Source: Deltaproteobacteria bacterium (lineage in GTDB: Bacteria > Desulfobacterota > Binatia > Binatales > Binataceae). Taken from it: a stretch of DNA of 52,253 bases. The DNA lies in contig JAKAVN010000005.1 of NCBI GenBank assembly GCA_021827495.1, forward strand, positions 1 to 52,253, read 5' to 3'. Position numbers and translations under genes: made by a program. This document shows, in pieces, positions 8,930 through 19,630 of this stretch. The notes beneath the pieces were generated by a model, which did not search any database, was not told the origin of the DNA, and was given only the letters and a program-made list of their open reading frames with translations. Each line of letters opens with the position of its first letter. Positions within the stretch are counted from its first letter, which is position 1.

Positions 8930-9148
8930 TCAGACCTGACCGTTTTCGAGGCGGAAGCCTATCTTGACGTGGACCTGGAACTCAGGCTCGCCCTTGGGGT
9001 TGACCGATCCACGAATCTCCCGGACTTCGAACCAGTCGATGTTGCGCAGCGTCTGGCTGGCCTTTTTGAGCGCGTTGCGCACGCCCTGCTGGATGCTCTC
9101 GTCGGAGACTCCGACCACGTCGACTATCTTGTAGGTCTTCTCGGGCAT
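8930..9148 (-). CDS. Dodecin (flavin-binding)
   Basis: TYKIVDVVGVS...ASQTLRNIDWFEVREIRG...FQVHVKIGFRL; GGAG RBS before ATG 9148. Confidence 0.93.
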   Translation of the reverse strand: MPEKTYKIVDVVGVSDESIQQGVRNALKKASQTLRNIDWFEVREIRGSVNPKGEPEFQVHVKIGFRLENGQV

Positions 9149-9226
9149 GGGATTTTCTCCTGGCGTTTGCACGCCTCGCTTACAGCAAGACCCCCCCAGC
9201 CGCCGCATCGCGGCGGCCATGCCGGT

Positions 9227-10693
<1,467 letters not shown>

Positions 10694-10810
10694 CCTGTTC
10701 GCTGAACCTGTGCCCAATCCTGCGCCGGCTCTGTACGCAATCGGGACTCGAACGCCCGCCCGCAACGAGCCCCCATTATAGCCGTATCGCGCCCGCGCCT
10801 GGCCAAGCGT

Positions 10811-12121
10811 TCAGGCCACCCGTTCGCCGCCGGCCTGGGCGTCGGCGATCACGGAGAGCCGGGTCACCAGGATGATGCCGCAGGCGAGCGTCGCCAGGGC
10901 CGACAGGGCGACCGCGATTTGTGGACTTAGGCGCTCGCCGACGTAGCCGACCTCGAGGCTGCCGATCGGCGCGAACCCGATGAACGACAGCGTGTACATG
11001 CTCATCACGCGGCCGCGCAAGTCATCCGAGACGAATAGCTGGAGCATCGTATTGCTGGTCGCCATGTAATTCATCAGCCCGGCGCCGATCACCATCTGCG
11101 CGACGAGCGACAGCCACATCCACGGCGAAAGACCGAAAACGAAAATCCCGGCCGCCGCGCCGAACAGCCCGACGATCAGATTTTGCCGCAGCGCGGGCGC
11201 CGTCTTGCACGAGGCGAGCACCAAAGCGCCGAGCAGCGCGCCCACGCCCTGGGCGGCGAGCAGAAATCCATAGGCGAGCGCCTGGCCATGCAGTACGTCG
11301 CGGGCGAAGACCGGAATCAGCACCGAGTACTGCATGCCGAAACCCGCGGCCAGCGCGATCACGAGCAGCAGGTAGAAGCTCGCCCGATGATGCCAGATGT
11401 AATCGAAGCCCTCGCGCAGGCGGGCGAACATCGCGGAGCCGATGCGGGCGACCTCGCGCGGCGCCAGCTCCATCTCGACGAGGCTCCAGATGACCGCGAT
11501 ATAGCTTAGTCCGTTGAGCAAGAAGCACCCCGCAATGCCGATTACGCTGATCAGCACGCCGGCCACGGCGGGCCCGACGATGCGCGCGCCGTTGAAGATC
11601 ATCGAGTTGAGCGCGATCGCGTTGGGCAAGTCCTCACGCCCCACCATCTCGACCACGAAGGCCTGGCGGCCCGGCATGTCGAAGGCCGTCACCAGGCCGT
11701 TGAAGGCGGCCAGTGCGATCACGTGCTCGACCCGCACCACGCCGGCCCAGGTCAGCGCGGCCAGGATCAAGGCGCTCAGCATCAGCAGCGCCTGGGTGGT
11801 AACGATTAGCCGGCGGCGATCGATATGGTCGACCACCACACCGGCGAACAGCGCCACCACCAGCACCGGCAGGTAGCCGGCGAAGCTCACCACCCCGAGC
11901 ATCAACGGGGAATTGGAGAGCTTGAGCACCAGCCATCCCTGCGCCACCGACTGCATCCAGGTGCCGATGAGCGAGGTGAACTGCCCGCCGAAAAAGAGGC
12001 GGAAATTGCGATGGCGCAGCGCGCGGAACGCACCGAGCCTCCCGGAGAGAAGCTCGGAGGGAGCCGGCGAAGCGGACGCGGGCGGGTTGCTCTCGGAAGA
12101 AGTCTCGATAGCCGCACTCAC
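10811..12121 (-). CDS. MFS transporter
   Basis: ALRHRNFRLFFGGQ..SLIGTWMQSVA; GVVVDHIDRRR motif A; about 12 TM segments. Confidence 0.92.
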   Translation of the reverse strand: MSAAIETSSESNPPASASPAPSELLSGRLGAFRALRHRNFRLFFGGQFTSLIGTWMQSVAQGWLVLKLSNSPLMLGVVSFAGYLPVLVVALFAGVVVDHIDRRRLIVTTQALLMLSALILAALTWAGVVRVEHVIALAAFNGLVTAFDMPGRQAFVVEMVGREDLPNAIALNSMIFNGARIVGPAVAGVLISVIGIAGCFLLNGLSYIAVIWSLVEMELAPREVARIGSAMFARLREGFDYIWHHRASFYLLLVIALAAGFGMQYSVLIPVFARDVLHGQALAYGFLLAAQGVGALLGALVLASCKTAPALRQNLIVGLFGAAAGIFVFGLSPWMWLSLVAQMVIGAGLMNYMATSNTMLQLFVSDDLRGRVMSMYTLSFIGFAPIGSLEVGYVGERLSPQIAVALSALATLACGIILVTRLSVIADAQAGGERVA

Positions 12122-12293
12122 TTGGGGGATGCGGGCAGTTTGGCAAAGTCAGGGGCGGCTGGCGAGCGCATCCTCGCGCGATGCCAATCGGCTATCGGGG
12201 AGTGGCTCGTTGTGAATTCAAAATGATCCACTGTCGCTGCCAACCCACGCTGGACAAGGTGCTGCGCTTGCCAGGTTACCGGCGGGCGGGCGC

Positions 12294-12343
12294 GCGCCGG
12301 TAGCTCAACTGGACAGAGCCTCGGACTTCGGAAACGGTGCGCA
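12294..12343 (+). pseudogene. Internally deleted tRNA-Arg(UCG)
   Basis: GCGCCGG-TA-GCTC-AACTGGACA-GAGC-C-TCGGA-CT-TCG-GA, then AA-CGGTGC-G (3' acceptor strand and discriminator). The 3' anticodon strand, variable loop and T-arm are missing. Confidence 0.75.
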
Positions 12344-12346
12344 TCA

Positions 12347-13066
12347 TCAATAGGCGTGGCCGGGGGCGGGCGGATGCGAGGTCTGGCAGCCGATCCACAC
12401 TTCGCCGCCCGCGAAATATTCCTTCTTCCAGATCGGCACGACCTGCTTGAGCCGGTCGATCGCGAAGCGGCAGGCCTCGAAGGCCTCGGCGCGATGCGCT
12501 GCCGAGACCGCGATCGCGACCGAGGTCTCGCCGATATCGACCGGGCCGATGCGATGGCTTATCGCGATACGGACGATTTGCCATCGCTCGCCCGCCTCGC
12601 GCGCGAGCCGGCGCATCTCGCCGAGCGCCATCGGCTCGTAAGCCTCGTACTCCAGGCGGATCACGCTGCGGCCGGCGTTTTCGGCACGCGTGGTCCCGGC
12701 GAAGGTGACGATCGCGCCAGCGCGCGGCTCGGCCACGGCGCGTTCGAGCGCGGCAACGTCGATCGGTGCGCGGCCGATCGTTATCGGGCCGATCCATTTT
12801 GGATCGTGCGCCGGCACCGCGCCGCCGCTGACGGGCGGGATGAACGCTACCTCGTCGCCGGGGCGCGGGCGATAGCCGCCCTGTACATATTCCTGGTTGA
12901 CGGCGAAGCCGACCGAGTCGCGATGGCCCTTAAGCGCGGGAAACTCCTCCGCCAGGTGCTGCCAAATCTGTGCGACGGTCGCGCCGTCGGGAAATTCGCG
13001 GCTCAGCTCGGAGGCGCCGGCGCGCTCGCGCAGTGTCGCGAACAGCTTTATCGTTATTCGGTTCAT
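12347..13066 (-). CDS. moaE: Molybdopterin synthase MoaD-MoaE fusion (MoaX-like)
   Basis: MoaD part: IKLFATLRERAG..AVNQEY..DEVAFIPPVSGG. MoaE part: LEYEAY, HRIG, HRAEAF, LKQVVPIWKKE. Confidence 0.93.
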   Translation of the reverse strand: MNRITIKLFATLRERAGASELSREFPDGATVAQIWQHLAEEFPALKGHRDSVGFAVNQEYVQGGYRPRPGDEVAFIPPVSGGAVPAHDPKWIGPITIGRAPIDVAALERAVAEPRAGAIVTFAGTTRAENAGRSVIRLEYEAYEPMALGEMRRLAREAGERWQIVRIAISHRIGPVDIGETSVAIAVSAAHRAEAFEACRFAIDRLKQVVPIWKKEYFAGGEVWIGCQTSHPPAPGHAY

Positions 13067-13118
13067 TGCGGTTGCTTGCCGTCGATCGGGTTGCGCGCTA
13101 GCCGTTCAAAAAGCATCG

Positions 13119-13616
13119 TCAGAGCTTCAACAGATGGGCCATGTGACCGAGCTCGGGAATTAGCAGCTGCTCCATCGCGAGGCGGCAGGCGCCGGGCGAG
13201 CCCGGCAGCGCAGCCACGACCTTGCCGGCCGCGACTCCCGCCAGCGCCCGGCTCAAAATCGCCGCCGGGCCGATCTGCTGATAGGAGAGATAGCGGAACA
13301 ATTCGCCGAAGCCCTCGAGCTCCTTGTCGAGCAGCATCCGTACCACCTCGATCGTCGAGTCGCGCGCCGCGATCCCGGTGCCGCCGTTGACGATGATGGC
13401 GTCGAGATTGCGCAGGTTGTCGAGCAGCGCCTGGCGGATACGGCTGGGGTCGTCGGGCAGCACCGCGTAATACTCCACGCGATGGCCGGCGGCGGTCAAA
13501 AGATCGCGGATCAGATGGCCGCTCTCATCGGTCTCGGCACTGCGCGAATCGCTTGCGGTCACCACCCCGACCCTGAGGCTCTTATGGCCATGGCGATGAT
13601 GCTCTTCTACGGACAC
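13119..13616 (-). CDS. moaB: MogA/MoaB-family molybdenum cofactor biosynthesis protein
   Basis: TASDSR..DESG, GGTGIAARDST, GFGELFR, SRA, LPGSPGA. Confidence 0.9.
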   Translation of the reverse strand: MSVEEHHRHGHKSLRVGVVTASDSRSAETDESGHLIRDLLTAAGHRVEYYAVLPDDPSRIRQALLDNLRNLDAIIVNGGTGIAARDSTIEVVRMLLDKELEGFGELFRYLSYQQIGPAAILSRALAGVAAGKVVAALPGSPGACRLAMEQLLIPELGHMAHLLKL

Positions 13617-13718
13617 AACGCGATTATATCATCAAGTTGGATCATTTTGCCCACGCCGCCCCGTTAAAGCGGCCCGCGTCCGGCGTGCGATCGTGGCCGA
13701 TTGCGCGAACCGGCGGCG

Positions 13719-13922
13719 TCAGCGCAAACGCAGGTTGAACGCTTGCGGCCCTTTGTCGCCGGGGCGAACCTCGAACTGCACCTGGTCGCCCTCGCGCAGG
13801 TCTTCGAAGTAGACCTTGGGCGAAAGCCGCGAGCGATGGAAGAAGACCTCATCGCCGCCGTCGTCAGGGGTGATGAAGCCGAAGCCCTTGTCCTTGATCA
13901 CTTTTTTGATCGTGCCGAACAC
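13719..13922 (-). CDS. Cold-shock domain protein
   Basis: KGFGFI (RNP1), VFFH (RNP2), KGPQA; GGAGG RBS and GTG start. Confidence 0.93.
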   Translation of the reverse strand: MFGTIKKVIKDKGFGFITPDDGGDEVFFHRSRLSPKVYFEDLREGDQVQFEVRPGDKGPQAFNLRLR

Positions 13923-14013
13923 AGCATCCTCCGCGGGGCCACGCCCCTGGAGTTGAGCTTAGGCGAGCCGCGCCGTATGTAAAGAGGAGTTACGACACGG
14001 CGCAGGAGGCATT

Positions 14014-14250
14014 TTGCTCAAGGCGGTTGGACTGGCGGAAATCGAGCGCATCTTCGCGGTGACCGACGCGCTCGGAATCTCGCGCGAGGCGCTGGTGATC
14101 CCGCTGCGCACCGAGCATCCCGGCCGCATCCGCAAGCTCGGCGGCGCCAAGCTCGAGATCGTCGTCGAGCGCGAGGCCGACTTCGATCAATGGCTCAGCC
14201 GGCTTGCGGCGGAGATTCGGGCGGTTTGGCCGGCACCGCCGCCGGGCTGA
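14014..14250 (+). CDS. Small hypothetical protein
   Basis: AGGAGG RBS, TTG start, GC3-rich codon usage and globular-looking sequence; overlaps the 3' end of the BCCP gene by 56 nt. Confidence 0.65.
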   Translation: MLKAVGLAEIERIFAVTDALGISREALVIPLRTEHPGRIRKLGGAKLEIVVEREADFDQWLSRLAAEIRAVWPAPPPG

Positions 14251-14755
14251 GCTCGATCAGCCGCGCGCCATGGTCGACCATCTGCCCGGCCGCCACGCAA
14301 ATTTTCGCCACGATCGCCGGGCTCTCGGCGTAAAGCGTCGTCTCCATCTTCATCGCTTCGAGCACGATCAGAGGATCGCCATGCTCGACTGGCTGGCCCT
14401 CAGCGACCAGCACCTTGAGCACCTTGCCCGGCATCGGCGCGTCGACCTCGGGAGCGGCCAGTCCGCCCGTGCGATGCGCCGCACGTCCTTCGACTGCGAC
14501 GAACTCGGCCGCGAACGGGCCCGCCGCCACCGTTATCGAGGAGCCGCGCCGCGCGCCCGCGACGCGGACACGCCGGCCGCCCAGCTCCACCATCGCGCTG
14601 CCGTCGGGCATCGCTGCGATCGTCGCCGCGACTTCGCGCCCGTCTATCATGATGCGCACTCGGCGCGGGCCGCTCGGGTCTCCCGTGTCCGGCTTGTTTT
14701 GCGCGAGCAGTTCGACCTCGAACTCGCGCGCGTCGCCCTGGCGCTTGAGTTTCAT
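14195..14755 (-). CDS. Biotin carboxyl carrier protein with N-terminal BT-like region
   Basis: APMPGKV...LEAMKME biotinylation motif; ATG overlaps the TGA of the upstream carboxylase (ATGA). Confidence 0.9.
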   Translation of the reverse strand: MKLKRQGDAREFEVELLAQNKPDTGDPSGPRRVRIMIDGREVAATIAAMPDGSAMVELGGRRVRVAGARRGSSITVAAGPFAAEFVAVEGRAAHRTGGLAAPEVDAPMPGKVLKVLVAEGQPVEHGDPLIVLEAMKMETTLYAESPAIVAKICVAAGQMVDHGARLIELSPAAVPAKPPESPPQAG

Positions 14756-16293
14756 CGTTCCTCCCGCCCCCAGGGCTCGAAACCCGCAAGCTCCGTCCAC
14801 GGCGAGCGCCGGCCGCGCCCCGTCCGTGCGCCGTCGCTGAGCGCGCCGCGCGCCCAGGAGGAGCCCGGCGGCGCCAGGCGCGCCGAGCCAAGCGCTCCGC
14901 CGGCAGCCATCGCGGCCGCGGCCAGCAGGCTCTCGAGCGCATCCTCGCCCGGGCTCCATCGCGGAAAAAACTGCTCCAGGAATCGCGTCGAGAGTCGCGC
15001 GTCGCGAAACGCCTCGCTCGCCATGACGTCGCGCAGGAAGGCCGCCGTGTTGGTCACGCCCAGTAGCGAGAATTCGCCAAGCGCGGCCGCCATCCGAACC
15101 CGCACCTGCTCGCGGTCGGCGCCCCAGCACACCAGCTTCGCCAGCAGACCGTCGTAAAAGGCGCTCACCCGCGCGCCGGGCGCGAGATGGGTGTCCACGC
15201 GCACGCCGGGTCCCGCGGGGAGATTCAGATAATGCACTTCGCCGGTCGCCGGACGGAAGTTATGCTCCGCATCCTCGGCGTAGATCCGGCACTCGATAGC
15301 GGCGCCGCGCGGCGCCGCCGGCTCGGCGACGCGCGCGCCCATCGCGACCCGAAGCTGCTCGGCCACCAGGTCGCAGCCGAAACGCATTTCGGTTACCGGA
15401 TGCTCGACCTGAAGCCGTGTGTTGGCCTCGAGAAAGTAGACCTCGCCGCCCTCGACCAGGAACTCCATCGTGCCCGCGTTGCGATAGCCGGCCGCGCGCG
15501 CGACCTTGAGCGCCGCCTCTACCATCCGCGCCCGCAGAGCGTCGTCGAGTCCGGGCGCAGGCGACTCCTCGATGATTTTCTGATGGCGCCGCTGGATCGA
15601 ACAGTCGCGCTCGCCGAGCGCGACCACTGCGCCATGCTGGTCGGCGAGAATCTGCACTTCGACGTGGCGCGGATGCGCCAGGTATTTCTCCAGGAATACG
15701 CGGCCGTCGCCGAAAGCGGCCTTGGCCTCGCGCGCCGCCGCCGCCAGTGCCTCGGCCAGGCCCGCCTGCGCCTCGACCAGCCGCATCCCGCGGCCGCCGC
15801 CGCCCGCCGCCGCCTTGACCATCAGCGGAAACCCGACGCGAGCGGCAAACTCGTGCGCCGCGCGCTCCTCGACCGTCTCGAGCCCCGGCACCACCGGGAC
15901 GCCCGCGCCGGCCGCCAGGCGCCGCGCCGCGACCTTGTCGCCCAGCGCCGCCATCACCTCCGCCGGCGGCCCGACGAAAACGATCCCGGCCGCGGCGACC
16001 GCGCGGGCGAACTCGGGCCGCTCGGAGAGAAAGCCGTAGCCGGGATGGATTGCGTCGGCGCCGGTGGCGCGCGCGGCCTCGATGATCGCGGCGATGTTGA
16101 GGTAGCTCTGGCTGGCCTCGGGCGGACCGATGAGACGGGCCTCGTCGGCCGCGGCGACGTGCGTAGCGTCGGCGTCGGCTTCCGAGTAGACCGCCACGGT
16201 GGCAAGCCCAAGCAGGCGCGCGCTGCGAATTATCCTGAGCGCTATTTCGCCACGGTTGGCGACCAGTAGCTTGCTGATGGAGCCGTGTTTCAT
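14752..16293 (-). CDS. Biotin carboxylase subunit of an acyl-CoA carboxylase
   Basis: [49 protein letters not shown]. Confidence 0.95.
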   Translation of the reverse strand: MKHGSISKLLVANRGEIALRIIRSARLLGLATVAVYSEADADATHVAAADEARLIGPPEASQSYLNIAAIIEAARATGADAIHPGYGFLSERPEFARAVAAAGIVFVGPPAEVMAALGDKVAARRLAAGAGVPVVPGLETVEERAAHEFAARVGFPLMVKAAAGGGGRGMRLVEAQAGLAEALAAAAREAKAAFGDGRVFLEKYLAHPRHVEVQILADQHGAVVALGERDCSIQRRHQKIIEESPAPGLDDALRARMVEAALKVARAAGYRNAGTMEFLVEGGEVYFLEANTRLQVEHPVTEMRFGCDLVAEQLRVAMGARVAEPAAPRGAAIECRIYAEDAEHNFRPATGEVHYLNLPAGPGVRVDTHLAPGARVSAFYDGLLAKLVCWGADREQVRVRMAAALGEFSLLGVTNTAAFLRDVMASEAFRDARLSTRFLEQFFPRWSPGEDALESLLAAAAMAAGGALGSARLAPPGSSWARGALSDGARTGRGRRSPWTELAGFEPWGREER

Positions 16294-16386
16294 TCTGCAG
16301 GCGAGCGTAGCACACGCCGCGCTCCCGCGAGCAGAGCTGCGGCGGGCGGCGACGCCGGGGTTTGTACTCGCTTGCCGGGCGATCGG

Positions 16387-16456
16387 TGAAAAATTTCAAA
16401 AAAATTTCGCGCCGCGGCGCCAAATGGATTGATCGTCAGAAAGATTTCACTATCTT
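16387..16456 (+). promoter_or_regulatory. AT-rich promoter region with two GAAA-NN-TTTC palindromes
   Basis: TGAAAAATTTCA at 16387-16398 and GAAAGATTTC at 16439-16448; the second lies inside a TTGATC-N16-TATCTT promoter-like spacer. Confidence 0.5.
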
Positions 16457-16532
16457 GGAAAGGCCGGCGCGCGCGGGTCCATTTGCTCGGCCATCGCGTC
16501 GAAGGAGAAAATCCTGAATGAGGGAGTGCTAG

Positions 16533-16754
16533 GTGCAGGAAATGGAAGCAACCGACATTCGTACGGTGTACGACTTCCCCGTCGCCGGCCATCTCTGCAG
16601 TGATGGGGCGGTGCACTACGTCAAACTGGTTCGCCGTTCCGGCAACCCCAAGCCCCAGGGCGTCTGCCAGCAATGCCGGACGACCTTTCAGTACGAAAAG
16701 CCGCAACGCTCCCGCGTGCGGCACTACGGCAGCGAAGGCGCCAGTCACTTCTAG
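16533..16754 (+). CDS. Small putative Zn-binding protein
   Basis: AGGGAG RBS; HLC..H and CQQC ligand pattern; GC3-rich codons. Confidence 0.7.
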   Translation: MQEMEATDIRTVYDFPVAGHLCSDGAVHYVKLVRRSGNPKPQGVCQQCRTTFQYEKPQRSRVRHYGSEGASHF

Positions 16755-16817
16755 GCCGTAAGGGCCGCCCCAACTCATTCTGCGTTCTGAGCATGCGCGC
16801 GTCCGCCGCGGCGGCGG

Positions 16818-17798
16818 TTAGCGGGCTGCTGGAGTCTGCGCCGGCGCGGCGCCGGTATGCTCCAGCGCCGGCGCAGCCGTGCCCAACGGCGCGGCGGACC
16901 GTGGCGCGGACGGCGGCGCGGAAGACAAGGGCGCCGGCGTCGCTGACTCCTGCGGCGCGATAAACGCGGGAGGCTCAGGCCGTTCGAATACGGGGTGCGG
17001 CTTCACCGGCGGCGCCGTGCTCACCAGCAAAACCTCGGGGCCACGGTAGTAGCGCGACAGCATCCCGCCCATGAAGACGAAGTCCTGCCTGGGGTCGAAC
17101 CATAGCTGCGTGGTTGGCACAAATGGCTTCAGAAACACATTGAACCATCCAAAGACTGGATGCGCCTGGGCCTCGGCCAGCTCACCGTCTTGCGGGCGAT
17201 ACTCCCATGGTGACCGCCCAAGATCGACGTGCAGAGAGAGGATGCGCGGGCCGTGGGCGCAATCAAAGACATGCATGTCGAGGGCGGCATCCGCGCCGTG
17301 GCGGAGCCGGTCCGCTATCGGCACCAGCACGCCGGCGCCGGCGTAGGTGTCCGGGGTAAATTTCAGCATGGCGATCTGGATGATGCCCTCACCGTTGTCG
17401 TATTTTGCGCAGCTGGTCTTTCCGGTGACGGCGTCGGCGGTTGCAGTAAGCCGCGGAGCGCCGTACGCATCAAAGAAGCGGTGTTCGTAAGTAAGCAGGC
17501 GCGGGGCCTCGCCCGGGACCGCCTTGAGCGTGTCGTGTTCGAGGTCGCGCTCACCGTCGATGAACTCGTTGCGCCCGTCGATGGTTACCGAATCATCGTG
17601 CTGCGTGACGGTATAGTGCGCGCGCCCCAAAAGCCTCGTACCGGTCGGGTCGTAGATGAACAGGTCGGGTTTTTGCGTGATCATCGCTCGCGCCTGGGAC
17701 GCGGCGGCCACGGCCGCAACGTCCGTTCCCTTGATGCGCGCCGCCAACAGGGCCGCGGCGAGCATAGCCGCCACAACGGGTGCTCTCTTCCTCAGCAC
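16818..17798 (-). CDS. Hypothetical exported protein with Pro/Ala-rich tail
   Basis: GGAGA RBS before GTG 17798; N-terminal basic-then-hydrophobic segment; beta-rich core. Confidence 0.7.
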   Translation of the reverse strand: MLRKRAPVVAAMLAAALLAARIKGTDVAAVAAASQARAMITQKPDLFIYDPTGTRLLGRAHYTVTQHDDSVTIDGRNEFIDGERDLEHDTLKAVPGEAPRLLTYEHRFFDAYGAPRLTATADAVTGKTSCAKYDNGEGIIQIAMLKFTPDTYAGAGVLVPIADRLRHGADAALDMHVFDCAHGPRILSLHVDLGRSPWEYRPQDGELAEAQAHPVFGWFNVFLKPFVPTTQLWFDPRQDFVFMGGMLSRYYRGPEVLLVSTAPPVKPHPVFERPEPPAFIAPQESATPAPLSSAPPSAPRSAAPLGTAAPALEHTGAAPAQTPAAR

Positions 17799-18099
17799 GT
17801 CATCTCCGATTCGCCGCCTGCCCAAGAACTGCGATCCGCGCGCACCGCTCGGTTGCCCGAACTCATCATATGGGCCTCGCGCATCGGAGCCTCCCGTGCG
17901 CCCGTGCCGCGCTGGTCCCGGCAACCTTATCCGGGAGCCTGATCCCGTGTATACATCCGCCCGCTTTCGATGCAGCAAGAAAAGCCGCGCTCGACGTTTC
18001 GGCGCCCGCACGGCCGCCGGCGGCCTTTGTGGCGGCGGGCGGGGTGTTGATCCTGAGGTTGTTCCAAGCTTCCAGCCGCGGCACGCGGGAAGATTGGGA

Positions 18100-19215
18100 C
18101 TACGCGCTCTTGTTGGGCGTGAAGAGCTTGGAGAAGGTTCCGATCGAGGCGGGCGGATGGTCCAGCGTCCGCAGGATCTCGCGCACGTGCTCCGCCGACT
18201 TCATCCCGACCAGCGCCACGTTGATCCCGGGCGCCGAGCGCACGAATTGCAGCGCACGCTGCGCGTCGGTGGTCAGCCCCTCGAATGCCTGCGACACAAT
18301 CGGCGGCAGCCCGCGCGTAAGCCGTCCCTGCAGCAACGAGGCGCTGGCGCATACGGCGATGCCGAAGCCTACCGCGGCGCGCAGCGCGGTGCCGCGCCGG
18401 TCGGGGAGCTGCTGATTGGCAACCGTCAGCGCTTCGGGCATCGCCAGGTTGAACGGCAGCTGGATCACGCGGAAGTGATGGTTGCGACCGGCGATTTCGA
18501 GGGCAATTTTCACCAGCTCCTCCATCTGCAGGTACTGCCGCTCGTCGGGGCCCAGCCGGTAACCGTTCCATGTCGCGGTGCCGTAGACCCCGATCTTGGA
18601 GCCTGCGACCTGTTGCTCGAGGAACTCGAAGGCGCGGCGCATCCGCTCGAGAAACTGCGGCCGTTCGACGCCGGCAAGCTGCGTTTCGGGATTATGGACA
18701 TAATAGATGTCGATAGTGTCGAGGCCCAGGTTGGCGCGGCTCATCTCGAGCATCGCGCCGAGATAGCGCGGCGTCATGCAATGCGAGCCCTCGACCAGAT
18801 CGTCGGGCTCGACCAGTCCGCTGCGCACGAACTTCTCCTCGAACCAGGCCCGCGGATTGGGCGGCATCGCGCCGTCGAAGGTGACGTAACCGCCCTTGGT
18901 CGCGACCACTACTTCTTCGCGGCGCAGTTGCCCTGCGGCAATCAGTTCGCCCAACACTTTGCCGATCGTGCGCTCGCCGCGCTGGAAGCGGTAATTCACC
19001 GCCGTGTCGATCAGATTGATTCCGCCCAGCAGCGCGGTCCGGATGGCTTGCGCGTAGGCCTGGTCGGTCTCCTGGTCGGGCTCGCCCAGATAGGTGCCGA
19101 TCCCAACCGACGAAACGCTCAGCCCACCGAGCATCGGGCGGAAATTTCCCGGCAGCCCGGCATGGCGGCGGGCGTAAGCAAGCGTGCCCTCGGCCGTGGC
19201 GCGGTTCTTCAGCAT
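18100..19215 (-). CDS. Aldo/keto reductase
   Basis: SSVGIGT, GINLIDTAVNY, VATKGG, IDIYYVHNP; AAGGAG RBS. Confidence 0.92.
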   Translation of the reverse strand: MLKNRATAEGTLAYARRHAGLPGNFRPMLGGLSVSSVGIGTYLGEPDQETDQAYAQAIRTALLGGINLIDTAVNYRFQRGERTIGKVLGELIAAGQLRREEVVVATKGGYVTFDGAMPPNPRAWFEEKFVRSGLVEPDDLVEGSHCMTPRYLGAMLEMSRANLGLDTIDIYYVHNPETQLAGVERPQFLERMRRAFEFLEQQVAGSKIGVYGTATWNGYRLGPDERQYLQMEELVKIALEIAGRNHHFRVIQLPFNLAMPEALTVANQQLPDRRGTALRAAVGFGIAVCASASLLQGRLTRGLPPIVSQAFEGLTTDAQRALQFVRSAPGINVALVGMKSAEHVREILRTLDHPPASIGTFSKLFTPNKSA

Positions 19216-19241
19216 CGCGAGTCTCCTTGGCGCGCCGTGGC

Positions 19242-19448
19242 TCAGGCCTTCGGCGAACTAATGTCGAGAGGACTGATCTTTGGTTCGAACAGCAGTCGGA
19301 TAACGTTTCCGTCCGGGTGGCGGATGTGGAATGACAGCGAGCCGTCGTGATGGTGGCGCAACGGATGAACTATATCCAATCGCTCGCCCCGTGCCCATCA
19401 CCATCCCGCTTCCAGCGCGGCGATACGCGGCACGCCGAAGCCGAGCAT
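19242..19448 (-). pseudogene. 3' remnant of a VOC/glyoxalase-family gene with an in-frame TGA
   Basis: MLGFGVPRIAALEAGW*WARGERLDIVHPLRHHHDGSLSFHIRHPDGNVIRLLFEP.. resembles the VOC C-terminal motif H.DG..SFY..DPDGN.. Confidence 0.65.
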
Positions 19449-19534
19449 CCGCCGAGTGCATGTACCGTAATATGATGATTTATCAGTAAAAACAACAGCT
19501 TAGGATGAATTGGAAGCGAAAGCGAATAATCGCG

Positions 19535-19574
19535 TTGACATAAACGGAGGGCGACGTCTAGAGTAAAACGTTTT
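19535..19574 (+). promoter_or_regulatory. Sigma70-like promoter of the IclR gene with adjacent palindrome
   Basis: TTGACA(19535)-N18-TAGAGT(19559), immediately followed by the palindrome AAAACGTTTT (19565-19574). Confidence 0.6.
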
Positions 19575-19630
19575 TCCAAATCGGCTCGATCCGTTGCTCC
19601 GTCACGGCGGCGTTCGAGGAGAAGTTCGCC

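Noticed and set aside
12294-12343. tRNA-Sec (selC) near selA
   Set aside because: The anticodon is TCG, not TCA, and the D-arm is the canonical 4-bp Arg type.
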